A stretch of DNA of 64,000 nt from Paraspadella gotoi. Lineage: Eukaryota; Animalia; Chaetognatha. Positions within the stretch are counted from its first letter, which is position 1, and each line of letters opens with the position of its first letter. A program made the position numbers and the translations under genes. The notes beneath the pieces are model-generated. The model saw only the letters and a program-made list of their open reading frames with translations, had not been told where the DNA came from and did not search any database. Below are positions 12,748-25,855 of this stretch, in pieces. The stretch is taken from assembly GCA_051294375.1 (NCBI GenBank), contig CM119263.1:11695130-11759129 (forward strand). Reading direction: 5' to 3'.

Positions 12748-12855
12748 ATATTAGGAATTGTTTATTGTTTGCCAAATACAACGATTTTTATTTTCATAGT
12801 ATTTTATGAAAATAAAAATCGTTGTATTTGGCAAACAATAAACAATTCCTAATAT
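12748..12855. repeat. Perfect inverted repeat, 51-bp arms with 6-nt loop
   Basis: atattaggaattg...ttttcata / gtattt / tatgaaaa...caattcctaatat. Confidence 0.95.
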
Positions 12856-13406
12856 TCACTTAGCAACGAAAAGAGAGAAAATAATACAATAAAAAGGAAA
12901 TATAATAAAAAAAAACGGCCTCAGCGAAAAGTCGAAGGAGACGAGGGTCGGTTTTTTTTATTTTTAGCTCCGACTTCCGGCGCCTTTTTTTGGGCGTCGG
13001 TTGGCGCGATTGCCGGGACAGAGTTTCCCACGCGCGGCGCAAGAAACGCGAACCGTTTTCCAATCCCGTCTTGTTTACGATTCTGCCCCGACGTCCTTTC
13101 CTTTTACGGAGGAAATTATGCCCGGCGGACCGAGGCTTCATTCCTCGGCCCAGAGATGGCGTCTCGTTCCTTTCTTTTGCTCTTTCCTTTTTTTTTTTAC
13201 TGCCGTTCCTATTCTCCCCGCCTAATGTCTTTTTCATTGTTTTTTCTTTATTTTTTCCTGTTAGGACCTTGGCCCTTTTTTTTAGTTGTACTTTTTTTCC
13301 TCAATTTTACGTAGTGTTTCCTTTTACCCAAATTAAATTATTTTTGAAAATGATACTGTAAAAAATAATAAGTTGTTTATTTTTTGTTAATAATATTTTT
13401 TTACAG

Positions 13407-13511
13407 TGGCATGAGGTAATGAATCAAAACGGAGATACTCTGGAACCTCACAATGAATTCGAAGGAAAGATGAAAAAGAAGAAAACAAAAAAGGATAAAA
13501 AAGAAAGGAAG
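13407..13511 (+). CDS. AFDN: Afadin exon, basic linker
   Basis: ttacag|WHEVMNQNGDTLEPHNEFEGKMKKKKTKKDKKERK|gtcagt. 105 nt, phase 0-0; resembles the Lys-rich segment after afadin RA1. Confidence 0.8.
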
Positions 13512-14148
13512 GTCAGTTGAGAAAAAGAATTATGATGATGGATGGGTGGAGAAAAGATGTATGGATAAACTGATGGATGAATTGATGGACGGAAGGACGG
13601 ATGTACAGACGGATGGATGTGTGGATAAAAAAAAATAATACATATTATCCTGATCCAATTTATGACATTACTTCTTATTTTAAGCCAATTATATATTCAA
13701 CAATGTTGTTTTAAGAAAAGTTCAAAAATTTGAAGTTTTTAACAAATGCGACTGATAGATATTATTTTGTCCTTCTGTGTCGATTTTGTTGATGCAATTT
13801 TGTTTTCTAATTCTGACAAAAGATGTCAGAGCACGACGTCAAATCCCCTAGTACATCAAAAGAACATCGCAGAAACTCGTATTGAAAATCTAGTAAAGAC
13901 CGAGATAGAAAGAAATCGAATTCGTAATCCCAGTTAAAATGAGAGAAGCATTTCCAAAATACACCTGAAGATTTGACACATAGAATTCCGCAATAATGAT
14001 CTCCAACAAATCGGTCGTCACAATTCCCAATTTCGTCTTTCCGTCGCTTTGTTTATTTTTTTAAACTCGGGCGCGGGTTTTTGCGGTCTCGTCTCTCTGT
14101 TGACGCCATGCTGACGCTAGAATCCGTTCGTCGGAATCTCGGGGAGAG

Positions 14149-17100
14149 ATGACTTGTCCGTGTCACGCACAGATCGGTACGGATCTGCTGCTGCCGCCGA
14201 GCACGAACGGTAAGGGTTTTTGAATCGAAAGTTGGAGAAGTTAACGACGATGCGTGTTCAATATTAACAAGAAAAATGTCACTTGATTTTGAATTGTTTT
14301 TTTGTTTTTTTGTTGTTGTTGTTGTTTTGTTTTTTTTTACAAAAAACGCTAGCGCCCTCTCCGCCCCCTCGCTCCGACCGGAAATGGCGGGAAGCGCGTC
14401 GACGGGCGGCGGGGCGTGATCTGCTCCACGCCTTTTCCCACGCTAAGAGATTCGGACTCAAGACGAGGGCGCTGTGTCGTCAGGAGACGAAGGCAACAAA
14501 AGACGAGGCTGATTTGAAGAGGTGAAACGAAGACATCGGCATTACAAGAATTACTGACATATACTGACACATACTATATATGATATAGCGACAGATTACC
14601 GATCATGACTTTATTTACACTAAAATTAAAAATATTACGGAATTCAATACAATTTATACCGTAACTTCGACAAGCAGTTTATAAATTAACCGTCACAAAT
14701 TTCTGCCTTGTAACTGATTAGGAGAAAGAACAAGTTACACGATTTGCTGTGATGCGAGTAAAAATATTATGCTCCTCTTGTACGATGTACATTGTACATT
14801 GTACATTGTACAATGTACATTGTAAACACCCTCTACATTTGCAATTTATGAATTTGTCGAACTTTTTTATATAAAAAAAAACAACTTTCGTTGCTACTGA
14901 CAAAATTATCATTTTTGTCCCGGAAATCATTTAATAATGATCAATCATTTATCAATAATCATCAGTGCCTAGAGATTCAGTCGTTCATCAACCCCCTTGT
15001 TTTTTCATCAAATCCGCCGCCGCCGCCGCCGTCCTCGACAACACAGACTCCACTCGCCGCTGGATTCCGCGGGTTCCAACGTCGTCTTCTCTTCAAAAGC
15101 GGAAAAGAAGAAAGAGAGCGGGGGTCATCGGTCTTCGACGTGGCGAGGGATTCTCAGAAAATCAAAGGCGGACAAAAAGTGAGATTGAAAAGAGACGGGG
15201 GGCGGAACTGAAAAGGGGGAGCAAATCTGGGGAGTGATTGATGGGGAAAAAAGAAAGAAATAGAAAGAAAGAAAGAAAGAAAGATAGAAAGATAGAAAGA
15301 AGGAAAAGGGAAGCCAAGCAAAACTAAGAAACAAAGAAGAAAAGAGAAAAAGAGACAAAAAAGAAATAAAATAAGAACAGAAAAGAGAAAGAAAAGAAAA
15401 GAAAGAAAAGACAAGAAAGAAAAGAAAAGAAACAAGAAAGAAAAACAAAAGCAAAGAAAGAAAAGAGAAAAAGAAAGAAAGAAAAGAAAGAAAAGAAAGA
15501 AGAAAAGAAAGAAAGGAAAAAAAGAAGAAAGGAAAAAGAAAGAGAACGAAATAAAAAAGATAAGAGGCAGAACGAATAAAATATAAATAAAAAAAAGAAA
15601 AGAACAAAGAAAAAAAAGAAAAGAAAAAAGATGAAAGAAAGAAAGAAAGAAAAAAAGAAAGAAAGAAAGAAAGAAAAGAAAGAACTTAAGAGGAAAGAAG
15701 AAAAAAAATAAAGAAGAAAAGAAAAAAATAAAGAGAAAAACAAAAAAGAGAGAAAAAAAACGAATGAAATAAAAGAAAAATGAAGCAAGAAAGCAAACAA
15801 GAAAGAAAGAAAGAAAGAAAGAAAGAAGAAAGAAAGAAAAAAGAAAGAAAGAAAGAAGAAAAAGAAAGAAAGAAAAAGAAAGAAAGAAAAATAAAGAAAG
15901 AAAAAAAAAAAAAAAGCGAAAAAAGAGAAGAAAAAAGGAATAAATAAAAAAAGAAAAGTGAAGCAGAAAGCAAAGAAGAAAGGGAGAAAGAAGAAGAAAA
16001 GAAAGAAAGAAAAAGAAGAAAGAAAGTAAAGAAAGAAAGAAAGAAAGAAAAGAAAGAAAGAAGAACTAAAGAAAGAAAGAAAGAACTAAAGAAAGAAAGA
16101 AAAAAAAATAAAGCGAAAAAAAGAGAGAAAAAGGAATGAAATAAAAGAAAAGTGAAGCAAGAAAGCAAAAGAAAAGGAGAAAGAAAGAATCTCGGTCGTT
16201 GAATGAAAAAGCGAAGCAAGAGACGATAAATCATTGTCCCCGGGAAAGGGGCCATCGATCATGGCGCCGATCGATTCGTTATCGACAACGCAATACCCGA
16301 GCCATTCTGGATGAACAAAACCGTCTTGAATGTTTTAACACTAAATTTGATGATATTTTTAATAAATGTATATTTTTTTTAATTGAATTGCGATTCTATT
16401 CTTTGTTTTAATCCTAATATTTATTTTAACCTCAATCTATGAAATAAATAACGTCGCGTCGCGTCCATCATTATCGTCCCCACTCCATCCCCCACCAAAT
16501 GTTTCTCTTCCCTTCGATTCGTTTCGATTTTCTCCGCAAGGAACGCGCGTGACGTCGGCGTCGATTGCCGAATCATCTCAAGTAGACGCTCGACGTTAAA
16601 ATGGCGGAACTCCTCGACGCAGACGGTGAATTGAGAAAGAAAAAAAGACGATGTTCTTTGCGTCTATATTTAGGGATTAGATAATAATTTGTTAAATTTG
16701 ATATGTCATAGTGTCAGAGAGAGCGAAAAAAAAATAAAATAAAAGAAAAAAAACTTTTTAAAATGGTATTTTATAAAAAGAAAACTATAATCTAATTTTC
16801 AGGAGCTCAAGTGGCTTATGGAAACGTCGCCCGTTCTTCCGCCATTGTCAACGCCGCCCCTCTCGACCACGACGCCGATGCCAACGGCGTCAAACGCCCC
16901 AACGACCTCAACTTTTAATGGGACGCCACCATTGGTGGAAATATTGGAGGAAAGAGGCAGCGAAAAAAGAGAGAAAAAGGAAGAAATGGGAAAAGAAAGC
17001 AAGGAGGAGAAAAGGAATGTCTGTAAGGAGTCGGAGAGAGAAAAGCCGAGAGGATGGAAAGATGGAGAGAGAGAACCGACTGCAGCAACGACGCCCTCAA

Positions 17101-20100
17101 CGCTTTCATGAGAAGCAGAGCCAAGTCTGTGGAGTTACAGAGAGCGGCCAGGTCGGGTCGGATCAATTATCTAATTGGCCGAATAACTCTAATTTTACGC
17201 GGTTGTATCTGTGCTGATAAGTTGAGTTAAATTGACAAAATATTCATCGATGCATTCAGAGGCCTCGCTCGCCCTAAATGGAGTTCCAAGCGCGGCTTCA
17301 AGGAGTCTCTTCCGTCCTCTTCTTCCCGTCCGACCTCCACTTCCGCCTCAACGACGTCTTCGGTTATCCGCGTACCGGGCGACGACAACGACGCCGCCAT
17401 TGTCGACGACGAGGACACCGACGACGTCAGCGCCGAACAGCGGCGACGCCTCAGTCTCACGCCCTCCGTTTCGATGTTTTTTCAATCAGAACTGAAACAA
17501 ATGAGCAGCCATCGACAGAAGGAGGACGACGAGGAAGAGGAGGAAGAATCGTCGAACTCTGTCACTGGCGCCGTCGGAGGTGGAAACCGAAACAAAAATA
17601 ACTTTAATGATGGCGCCGGTGGCGGCGGTGTTTGCGGCGGCGGCGGGGAAATAGGAGGAGGAGGTGGAGTGTGCCTTTTTCTCGAGAGCCCCTTCGTCGA
17701 AGAAGATTACTTCAAGTAAAAAAAGGGGAAAAAAGTCGTCTATTCATTGATATTTTTATTTGTTTAACGTTTATAATAGAGAAGGACTTACAACTGTCTG
17801 TTCTTTCGTAGGGTGTTCGAGTCAGAAATGGACGAAATGTCGGAGTCGTTCGTCGCCCGCTTGGCAAAGGCGCGGAAGATCGCTCGCCGTCTGAAAGCGA
17901 ATCCGTCGACGATGAGTTTGAGGTCGGCCGAGCAGGTAAAGGCTGCGTTGGATGACGTGCAGCCGGTCGTCGTCGAGCCAAGACAGAAAGGCGTCGTTAG
18001 AGGCGTCGAGGAAGGACGGAAGAAACGAGGGACGAAGGAAGCTTGCGTCGACGCGAATGGGAAGGATGCGTGCGGGAAAATCGAGATGCCACGGACATCT
18101 TCGTTGGTCGCTGGGAAGGCAGCGGTGTTGCAGACGAAGACAAAGACAACAACTACAAATTTGACGAAACCGGAATTTGACGATGTCAAAGAGGAACTCA
18201 GCCTTGCCAGTGGTTTCGCGAAGCGGCTGCCAGAAACGCAGCAGTATCAGCCGCAGGAGCATCAGCCGCGACGCGCAGAGCTTCGTCGAGGGTTTCGATA
18301 CAATGAAGACGGAAAATGCGGCGGAGGAATCGATTGTTGTCCCGCGATATATGAGCCGTGCGACGGTTCTTTGAAGCCCACTTGCTGCGAATATGCCTGC
18401 TTCTCCCAAGAAAGATGGAGTTGCGAAGAAAATTTGCGTCGGCGAGAATGCTGCGTCGGTGGCGGCGTCGGCGCCGACGAAGTTAAAAAGATCTGCCATC
18501 TTGCGGGAATTTTGAACAACATTTTGGAGCGAGTTACAATTGCTCCAGTGAATCAGGTGTCGGAAGAGAGACGGAGATTGAGGGTCTTTTTTAATTTAAC
18601 ATTATCGAATTGTACCCAGGACTGCGCTGCCCAGCCGGTGGACCCACCGGCTTCCTTCAAGGACACAGTCAAATCTCTCGTCGACGAATACCAGCGCCGG
18701 GAGGAGGAGGCAGACGTCCTCTCGGAAGTTTTTTCCTTCCTCGACTCGGTCGACGTAACGGACGAGCAATTGGACCGGATGCCGCCTACCGTGGGCATCG
18801 GCGCCCGGCGTCGTCGCGCTCAACGTCGTCGTCGGCGCGACTTTCATCACTTGGACGAGCGAGGAAAGTTGGACGATCTCATCGACTTTCGTAGCGGCGA
18901 CGAATCAGACGACGACCTTTCCCTTTTCCGCTTGGATCTCCACTCTTTGGATCGTCCCGTCGACTCGCCCGAACGACTTCCGAATCGACCAGCTCAATCC
19001 ATTTCGGGCGAGCATTTGAACGGCGCCGACTCGTGTGATCAACGACGATCAGGTCAAGCAGTTGCTCAATCGGCGTCCGAGATCCAAGCATCTTCGGCGC
19101 CGACACTTTCGGGGCAGTCCTGCCCTTTATTCGAGCTCTCGGCCGCCAGGGTCGATCGCGAGACAGACGGGCGGACCCCGCAGCCATGGAAGGATCAGCA
19201 TTTATGCTCGTCGAGTTCTTGTAACTCGGCACGGGCGATTCGGCTGCAGAAACCAGCCTACAGAGGCGAGGCTGTCGGGCCACCTCTCCTGCCGCCGCTG
19301 TCGCCCGATAGCTGGCAGCGCGGAATGAAAAAGTCAAGTTTTAGTGGCGAAACAGTTCCCGGCATGCAGTCGGCGTCCTTGTCCGACACCCTCTATCAGA
19401 AACTGCTGGAGGAAAGGAGGAAGGAGACGATTTTGGGAAGAAGGTGACAACCTTGGTTTTACTTAATCTGATTCGATGATTTTTATAAATTTTTTTCCCA
19501 ATTTTTTTGGATGAGAGAAAAAAATTTGTAAAAAATTTTAAAGAAATTCTGAATTTATTCTCAAAATGATTTTATTCAGACTCGGTTCCCTTGAAAATAT
19601 TTCCCAGGAACACACACACAGGGACCTTCAAGCGCTCGTCGACGAGAAAGAAGACGAAACATCGCCTCACAGCGCTAAACGATTCCGACTTGCGTCTCGC
19701 CGTCAAGCAGCTCATTGATTACTACGAGACGGCTCGGTCCAGAGAGTCGGAGGACGAGGAAGGGAAAACTGGAACCGACGACGATGGCGTCGACGACGAT
19801 GACGAGCACGTAGACTCCTCTGTTTTCGCGCTGAGAAACGAAAGAGAGCGAATCTGCATCGACGGGGTGCTTGGAGAGAATTCGAGAGCTGAAAGAATAG
19901 GAGAGTCCTTTGAAAACGAAAGCGACGACGACGACGACGACGACGACGAAACATTGGTCGGTGGGAAGAGCAGAGGTCCGAGTCGAGTAGAGAGTCTGGA
20001 AACCATGAAGGATATGGAGGGCTGGATGGAGAGAAAGGAGGAGGAATGGAGCGAGACGAAGTTGGAGGAAGAGGAAGAGGAAAGAAGCTTAGTGATGGAG

Positions 20101-23100
20101 GAAGAAGAGAGAGATATGAGGAGGATGGACGAAGAGGGGAAGGACAAGATATCTGAACAATTACGAGACGGAAGGACAGTGTAGTTCAAGAATCGAACCC
20201 GACTTTGGTTCCGATCACAATTACCTGGCTCGGGAGAAGAGGGAACGAGATGAGAAAGAATCTTCGCAAGATGAGAAGCGGGCGTGTCCTTTGACGAAAA
20301 TGGAATTGGGAATTGAGTCGACGATTGAGGAAATATCATTGGAGATGAGACGGAATCGTCGTCGAGTGGCGGAGACGTCGACGGAACTGGGTTTCCATGA
20401 CGACACGTGGGAAACGTTCGACCCGAACCTCGACTCGAGCTGGCGGGACGAGGATCCGGACGAAATCACGAATCCTGACGGTCATTAATAAATTAATGAG
20501 GATAATATTAAGCGATTTTTTTTTGGTGGAAAATTAATCTTAATTAAAAATGTTGCAGTTTTTTTTTTGTGAAATATATATCGCTAAAAATATAGATAAA
20601 TTGGTTATTGATTTTTTCTTATCCTTCCGCGTAATTACCGGAGAGATTTTAACGGCCAACAGCGTCGCAAAATAGCAACGTTGAAAGAAAATACGAAGAC
20701 GAAACGGGAGATTTCGGTTTTGCCCTCAATGCTAATTGCAACAACAACAGCGGATGCGAGGCGGATTTTGGATGGACTATGACTGGCGGCACGGAGGTTA
20801 TCAATTATAGATATATCTTTTAAAACTGATGTAAGAGGGATACATTATTGGTGTCTTTTCAAATAGGAAACGGATTTGTTCGAATGGGATGCTAACGTAA
20901 TACAGGTAAATTATATTTACACCTCTTGAATTGTTTCTAGTTGAAAAAAAAAACCAACTTGTGGCTTTAATACATTTCGCGAATGTGGACTAAAGTGTAA
21001 TTGTAAATTTTCTTTTTTTAAAGGATATATTAGGAGAAGAAAACCAAACTAAAACATCGACGAATTCAGACGATGATGCGGATTCAGAAGAAGACAGTTA
21101 CAAACTGTTATACTCTGAGATGTTGAACAATCACGTCATAGAGAATTCTAATGTTCCTCGATTGACCTGGATTTTGAGAAAAGTCAGTGACAGGAAGAAT
21201 TCTACCACCAGATTTATTAAGAAGCATAATCAAAATCTATTTGGCAAAGCATTTCGTAAAGCTTTGCAAAAAGCGAATAATTATAAAAAAGAGTGCGCCA
21301 ATATCAGTCATAACCAAGCGTCTCATAATGATAGCGAAAAGAGCAAATCGGTTGAATACCAACAAACCCTGAATGAAAATTTCATGGATGCTATTTGTCG
21401 CAATAAATGCGTAAACTCTTCGCATAGCGGAACTTTTGATCCAAAACAAATGAGATCACGAAATAAAAATAGAAATAGTAAAACGGCAGAGTATCAAAGA
21501 CCCCAAAGGGTAATTTTAGAATATGACGAAAATACATCGAATTCTAATGTTCCTTCTTATTTTAAAACTCCTTTTAATAGAAAAGGACTTGGTGAGAATA
21601 TAAATGAAATAAGTATGAACTCCTTTAGAAGAAGCAAAGAAATGAATTATCACGCTCCCAAAGCAGCCACCGATATCAGCAAAATATTCGACAAATCGGT
21701 GGAAAATGAATACAATAACTACGAGGATAGGAAAAGAGCTACGAGGGCCTCATTTAAATACAAAGCTCCTCCAGTTCCATCGGGGAATGGTGATGATTTT
21801 GATGATAATAATTTGACTAAAAAAACCGACGACGAATTATTTTCTCCGAGTGACAATTTCGGATGTTTGTGTCAGACAGAAATTTTGGCCCACGAAGAGA
21901 GCCCAGAACCCTCCGTCACCCAATTTCAATTTCAGACAAACGAAGCTACACAAACGAGTGATAAGTTCATGGTCGAGCGTATGAGCCATTCCACGCAAAC
22001 AAGCGAGCATTTGAGGAGAAACTCAATGGAATCGCAGGAAAAAAGAAGAGCGCGTGAATTTTATATGGAGACGCACAAAGAAATTGCGGAACTGACTTTA
22101 GCTGTGAGGCAAGTGAAGAAAGATTTGCAAGAAATCAGAGAAAAAGAAGCATCAAAACAGCCGCAATTTGTGAAGCAGGATGGAGACAAATCTATAAGGA
22201 ATGTTGGCTCAACCATTTCGAAGAAGAGCGTGATTGAACCTTGCACGTGTGATGGATCGAAAAGTAAAAGCTCAAAATTTATGTATGGTATTGAACCCGA
22301 TATCGGGGCAACTAAGAGTGTAGGAGAGGCTTCACAAATTCTCAATGATCCCATTACCTGCGACTGCAATGAATCATTAGACAAAAAAATCGATGATAAC
22401 ATAAGAAAGAGCGATTGGAAATCTAATACCAAAGTGAGTTTGGCGAATAGTCTCTTTGAGAAAAAAAGTTTTGAAAAAAAAACTTTTGATCCATGTTGCG
22501 ATCCATGTTTTTGCGGAAAAGTGGAAAATGATATTTTACCTTCTAAATTTTCAAAGTTTTCATCTCCTATTATTTCACCTCCAAAAAGTATTCAAAAGAG
22601 TAAACCCAGTTTAGCAAGCGTTCTTATTGGGGAGAACAGAGGGAGTGAGTATGTGGAAAATAGAGTTAATCCATGTTCCTGTGGAGAGGCTGAAAATGAA
22701 ATGAAACCTGAAAATTCTTGGATTTCTCCTCCTCGAAAAAGTTTTGATAACAAATCGAATGCAAAAGTTAGTCTTGCTAGTGTTCTCATCGACAAAAAAA
22801 GTCTGGCAGGTGAAAATTTAGAGCCCGAGAAAAATGTTGTTAAACCCTGTTCTTGTGGAAAAGGTGAAACAAATTTGAAGGCTTCCAAATCATCTAAGGT
22901 ATCCAAAATATCTGCATTCGAGTCAGATCAGGAAAATATTATGAGACCCTCGAAATTTTCAGAATTTTCACCAGATGAGAGTGACTACATTTTAGCCAAT
23001 GAAAGACCCAAATCTCCCTGCCCTTGTAAACAAAAAGACAATGATATTCGAAATTCTAAATTTATTATTCATCAACCAAAAAAAAGCAATCAGAGTCAGG

Positions 23101-25282
23101 CATTAGATGGTGCCAAGCAGAGTCAAATAAGTCAAAAGAGGTCAGTAATTGACAGTCAAGTGCAATCAATACAAGGAGGTAAAGTTCCACCACAAGCTAA
23201 CTCTTGCGGCTGTGGAAAAAACTTAGAACCAAAAATTTCCACAAAAGTTGAGGAACGTGAAAAGAGTATTCAGGTAATAAAGCCTGTCCCCGAACAGGAA
23301 TACCGCGAAAAAAGCCTTCCGGCTCTTTGCACATGTTATCAAGCCAAGAATGGCCGAAACTCAAAGTTCCCTACCAAAAAGAGCAAGCTGAGCAACGTGA
23401 TATCAGCTGGAAGCCAAGAGAACTCTGAAGAATCCGATCAAAATGTCCGTCCTTTGCCGTCAGATGCCCGACCCAAAGCCTCAGTCGTTTCCTTCATCGC
23501 TCGACCCGTCCCCCCGGCCAAGACCTCGTCCTCTCCTTCACTAACGTCGCAGTATCGACGAGCCAATAGTGTCACGAGTCAAATCACCCAGACTAAGGGA
23601 GGAAGACCGGGTCAAGGCTGCAATTGCGGGCCTTCGGCTCAACCTGCTCAGGCCCGAAATTTCGGTAGACTCATTGAGGAGGCGCCGGCAAGAAAATCGC
23701 GCTCCTCCGTGAATTTGTCTTCGACGAGGCCGCCGCTCGGGTCTGCAAGGTGCTACTGCGCCCCGCAGCCGTCTGGAGCGCGACGCATTGCGGAGGTTCG
23801 AAGACGCAGCGCCGACGATCGCCCCTCGGTCAAGCGCTCTGTTTCGGATTCCAACATCAACTTCGGCGATGCTTTGAGTTCGATGTCCAAGGATTTCCTG
23901 CACTGGCTGTCAGAAGCGGTAGTCACATCCAGTCACCTGCTACCCGGGCTGTTTGGCGGCAAAGAGTCGTCGGAGAAGGAAGAGGAGACAACCGCCCCTC
24001 GTCCCTTGAGGAGTTACTCGAAATTGTATGAAGAACCAGGCGGACGGTCCTTTGCGAGTCTTGGGTTGTCATCATCGAGCCTCGATGTCGGCGCGCAGCG
24101 ATCTCGCAACCGATTTCTCGGGATGTACGCCAGACGGGATAAGATCTTTAATCAGAAGAAAGAATCGCTTCAAAAGGCTCTATCAAGGTTTGAATATGGG
24201 GGGAGGACAGAATTTGGGGTGGCAAGTTAATTAAAATAAGAAGTCACCCAAATAGCTTTTTGGAGTTTTATTTTGTTGCTTGTCATATAATTTATTTATC
24301 ACTGTCAACAAGACTGTAAAAAAAATAGTCTTATGTATAATTGAATGGAGCTCTCGGGAACAAACGTTTTAGTTTATATAATATGATATGATAATGATAT
24401 GATAATGATAATGATATGATAATGATATGATAATTATAAGTGTAGTGGTGTGATTAAGTAAAAAAATTATTTTACTCATATTCTTAGGGTAACTTGTTCA
24501 AAAATTACAATGTATTTGTAGTCACATCCAAAATTGGTACAAGAAATTGTAAAATTTCAAAATGACTTTTTTGAATTTTCTTTTAAAGATTTACTTTCCT
24601 CATAAATACAATGAAGAGATTAAAAAAGTGTTTTTTTAATTTCTCATGTCTTCAGTGTCAAAAGTGGGAAACAAGGTTTCAATTTTAAACTTTTTTGCTC
24701 TCTGTTGTAGAAACTATATTGTATAACATATTTTACAAAAGTTTCTTAATTTTTTTCGGGCGAATCTGAATGTTCTTAAAAATAGAAAAAAAATAATTTT
24801 GAAATTTTACGAAGGATTTTATCATTGACGCATACAATTACAAAGGCAGCAAAAAACATTGTGACATCTCTCAATGTTTTCATCCCTCCACTCTAATGTA
24901 TAATCGTATATTAATTGTAATTATCTAAATTAACATGAATCTCAGGTTATACGGTGTCATCGATGAACTGGAGGGCGACGAAGCCAACCTCAACGCCGCC
25001 GAAGGAAGTGAGAAAGATCGGTCGTGGCTGGAGCTCAAGCACCGATTCCGCAGCGCCGAGTCGCTGCCTAGCGCCGCGTCCCTCGTTCGCGCCGCTTCTT
25101 TGCACCGCGCCGCGTCGTTCGAGGGACCGGAATCGTTTCGTCCGAGCGACTGGGCCGTGGGAGAGAGTGACGAATTGGGAGAGAGACGACAAGAAGAAAG
25201 AGAGAGATTTAATGATTGGGACGACGGTTGCCGACAGGCGGAGCCGAAGAGAGGGATTTTAAAGAAAACGCGATTCGAGTGA
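14149..25282 (+). CDS. Hypothetical ~232-aa protein (gene X); exons 14149-14209, 14353-14521, 15047-15178, 24946-25282
   Basis: GC-rich exons with GT-AG ends and compatible phases (1, 2, 2). RGILRK in exon 3 and RGILKK in exon 4; RxxS repeats. Joining exon 3 to exon 4 is inferred. Confidence 0.55.
15245..16190. repeat. Degenerate (AAAG)n purine tract, ~950 bp
   Basis: Almost purely A/G sequence; source of the spurious Phe/Ser/Leu ORFs on the minus strand. Confidence 0.95.
16601..24230 (+). CDS. Large orphan, mostly low-complexity protein of ~2200 aa (gene Y) with a CxC-repeat C-terminal half; exons 16601-16625, 16803-17151, 17260-17715, 17812-19443, 19608-20480, 20663-20796, 20867-20905, 21024-24230
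   Basis: Long open frames (544 aa and 1036 aa) linked by GT-AG junctions with matching phases. Needs indel corrections near 16915/17050 and near 20140. Confidence 0.7.
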
Positions 25283-25808
25283 AGTGGGGAGACTTTCAAG
25301 TATTAAAAGATACAAACGGTTTTTTTTTTTTAAATAAACGCGTTTTGATTTCAATTTCATTCTTTTTTTTTTTTTTCAAAACAATAGCACTATTATTATT
25401 AAACTCAATATCTTTGATAAACTTATTAGATCCTTCAGGTTTAAATAATTTGATTTAAACAGTTGAACAGTTCGCTGTTTTAAGAAAAGTAAATCACATG
25501 ATGAAAGAATTAGAAATATATGCGGAATACATAATGAGATGCATAGAATATGGAAAAAAAGACAATGTGTTTTTCGTCGGTTTTTTTTTTTTTTTTTGAC
25601 AACTGCGTCTAAGATTCTCGCGCCGTCGCATCCCCTTTGTTTTCCCGCTGAGCAAAACCATTTTCTAGATTTTATAGGAAAATGCCTTCGCAATGGCGGA
25701 GGCATTTTTTACTTCTTTGAGGCTGATGTTATTAGATTTAGATGTTCATATTCTGTGAAATTGGCCTAACTAGTGGAGTGATATGTGTCATATATTATGA
25801 CACACTCA

Positions 25809-25855
<47 letters not shown>

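Noticed and set aside
15125-16255. Long Phe/Ser/Leu hydrophobic ORFs resembling membrane proteins
   Set aside because: Reverse translation of a degenerate (AAAG)n tract.
17822-18499. Antisense ORFs over gene Y, and 55541-56242 over the PH gene
   Set aside because: Shadow frames of GC-rich coding sequence with no independent features.
16900-20170. Frameshifts in gene Y as programmed recoding or pseudogenisation
   Set aside because: They lie at homopolymer or AG-rich runs in an indel-prone assembly, so sequencing error is the simpler explanation.
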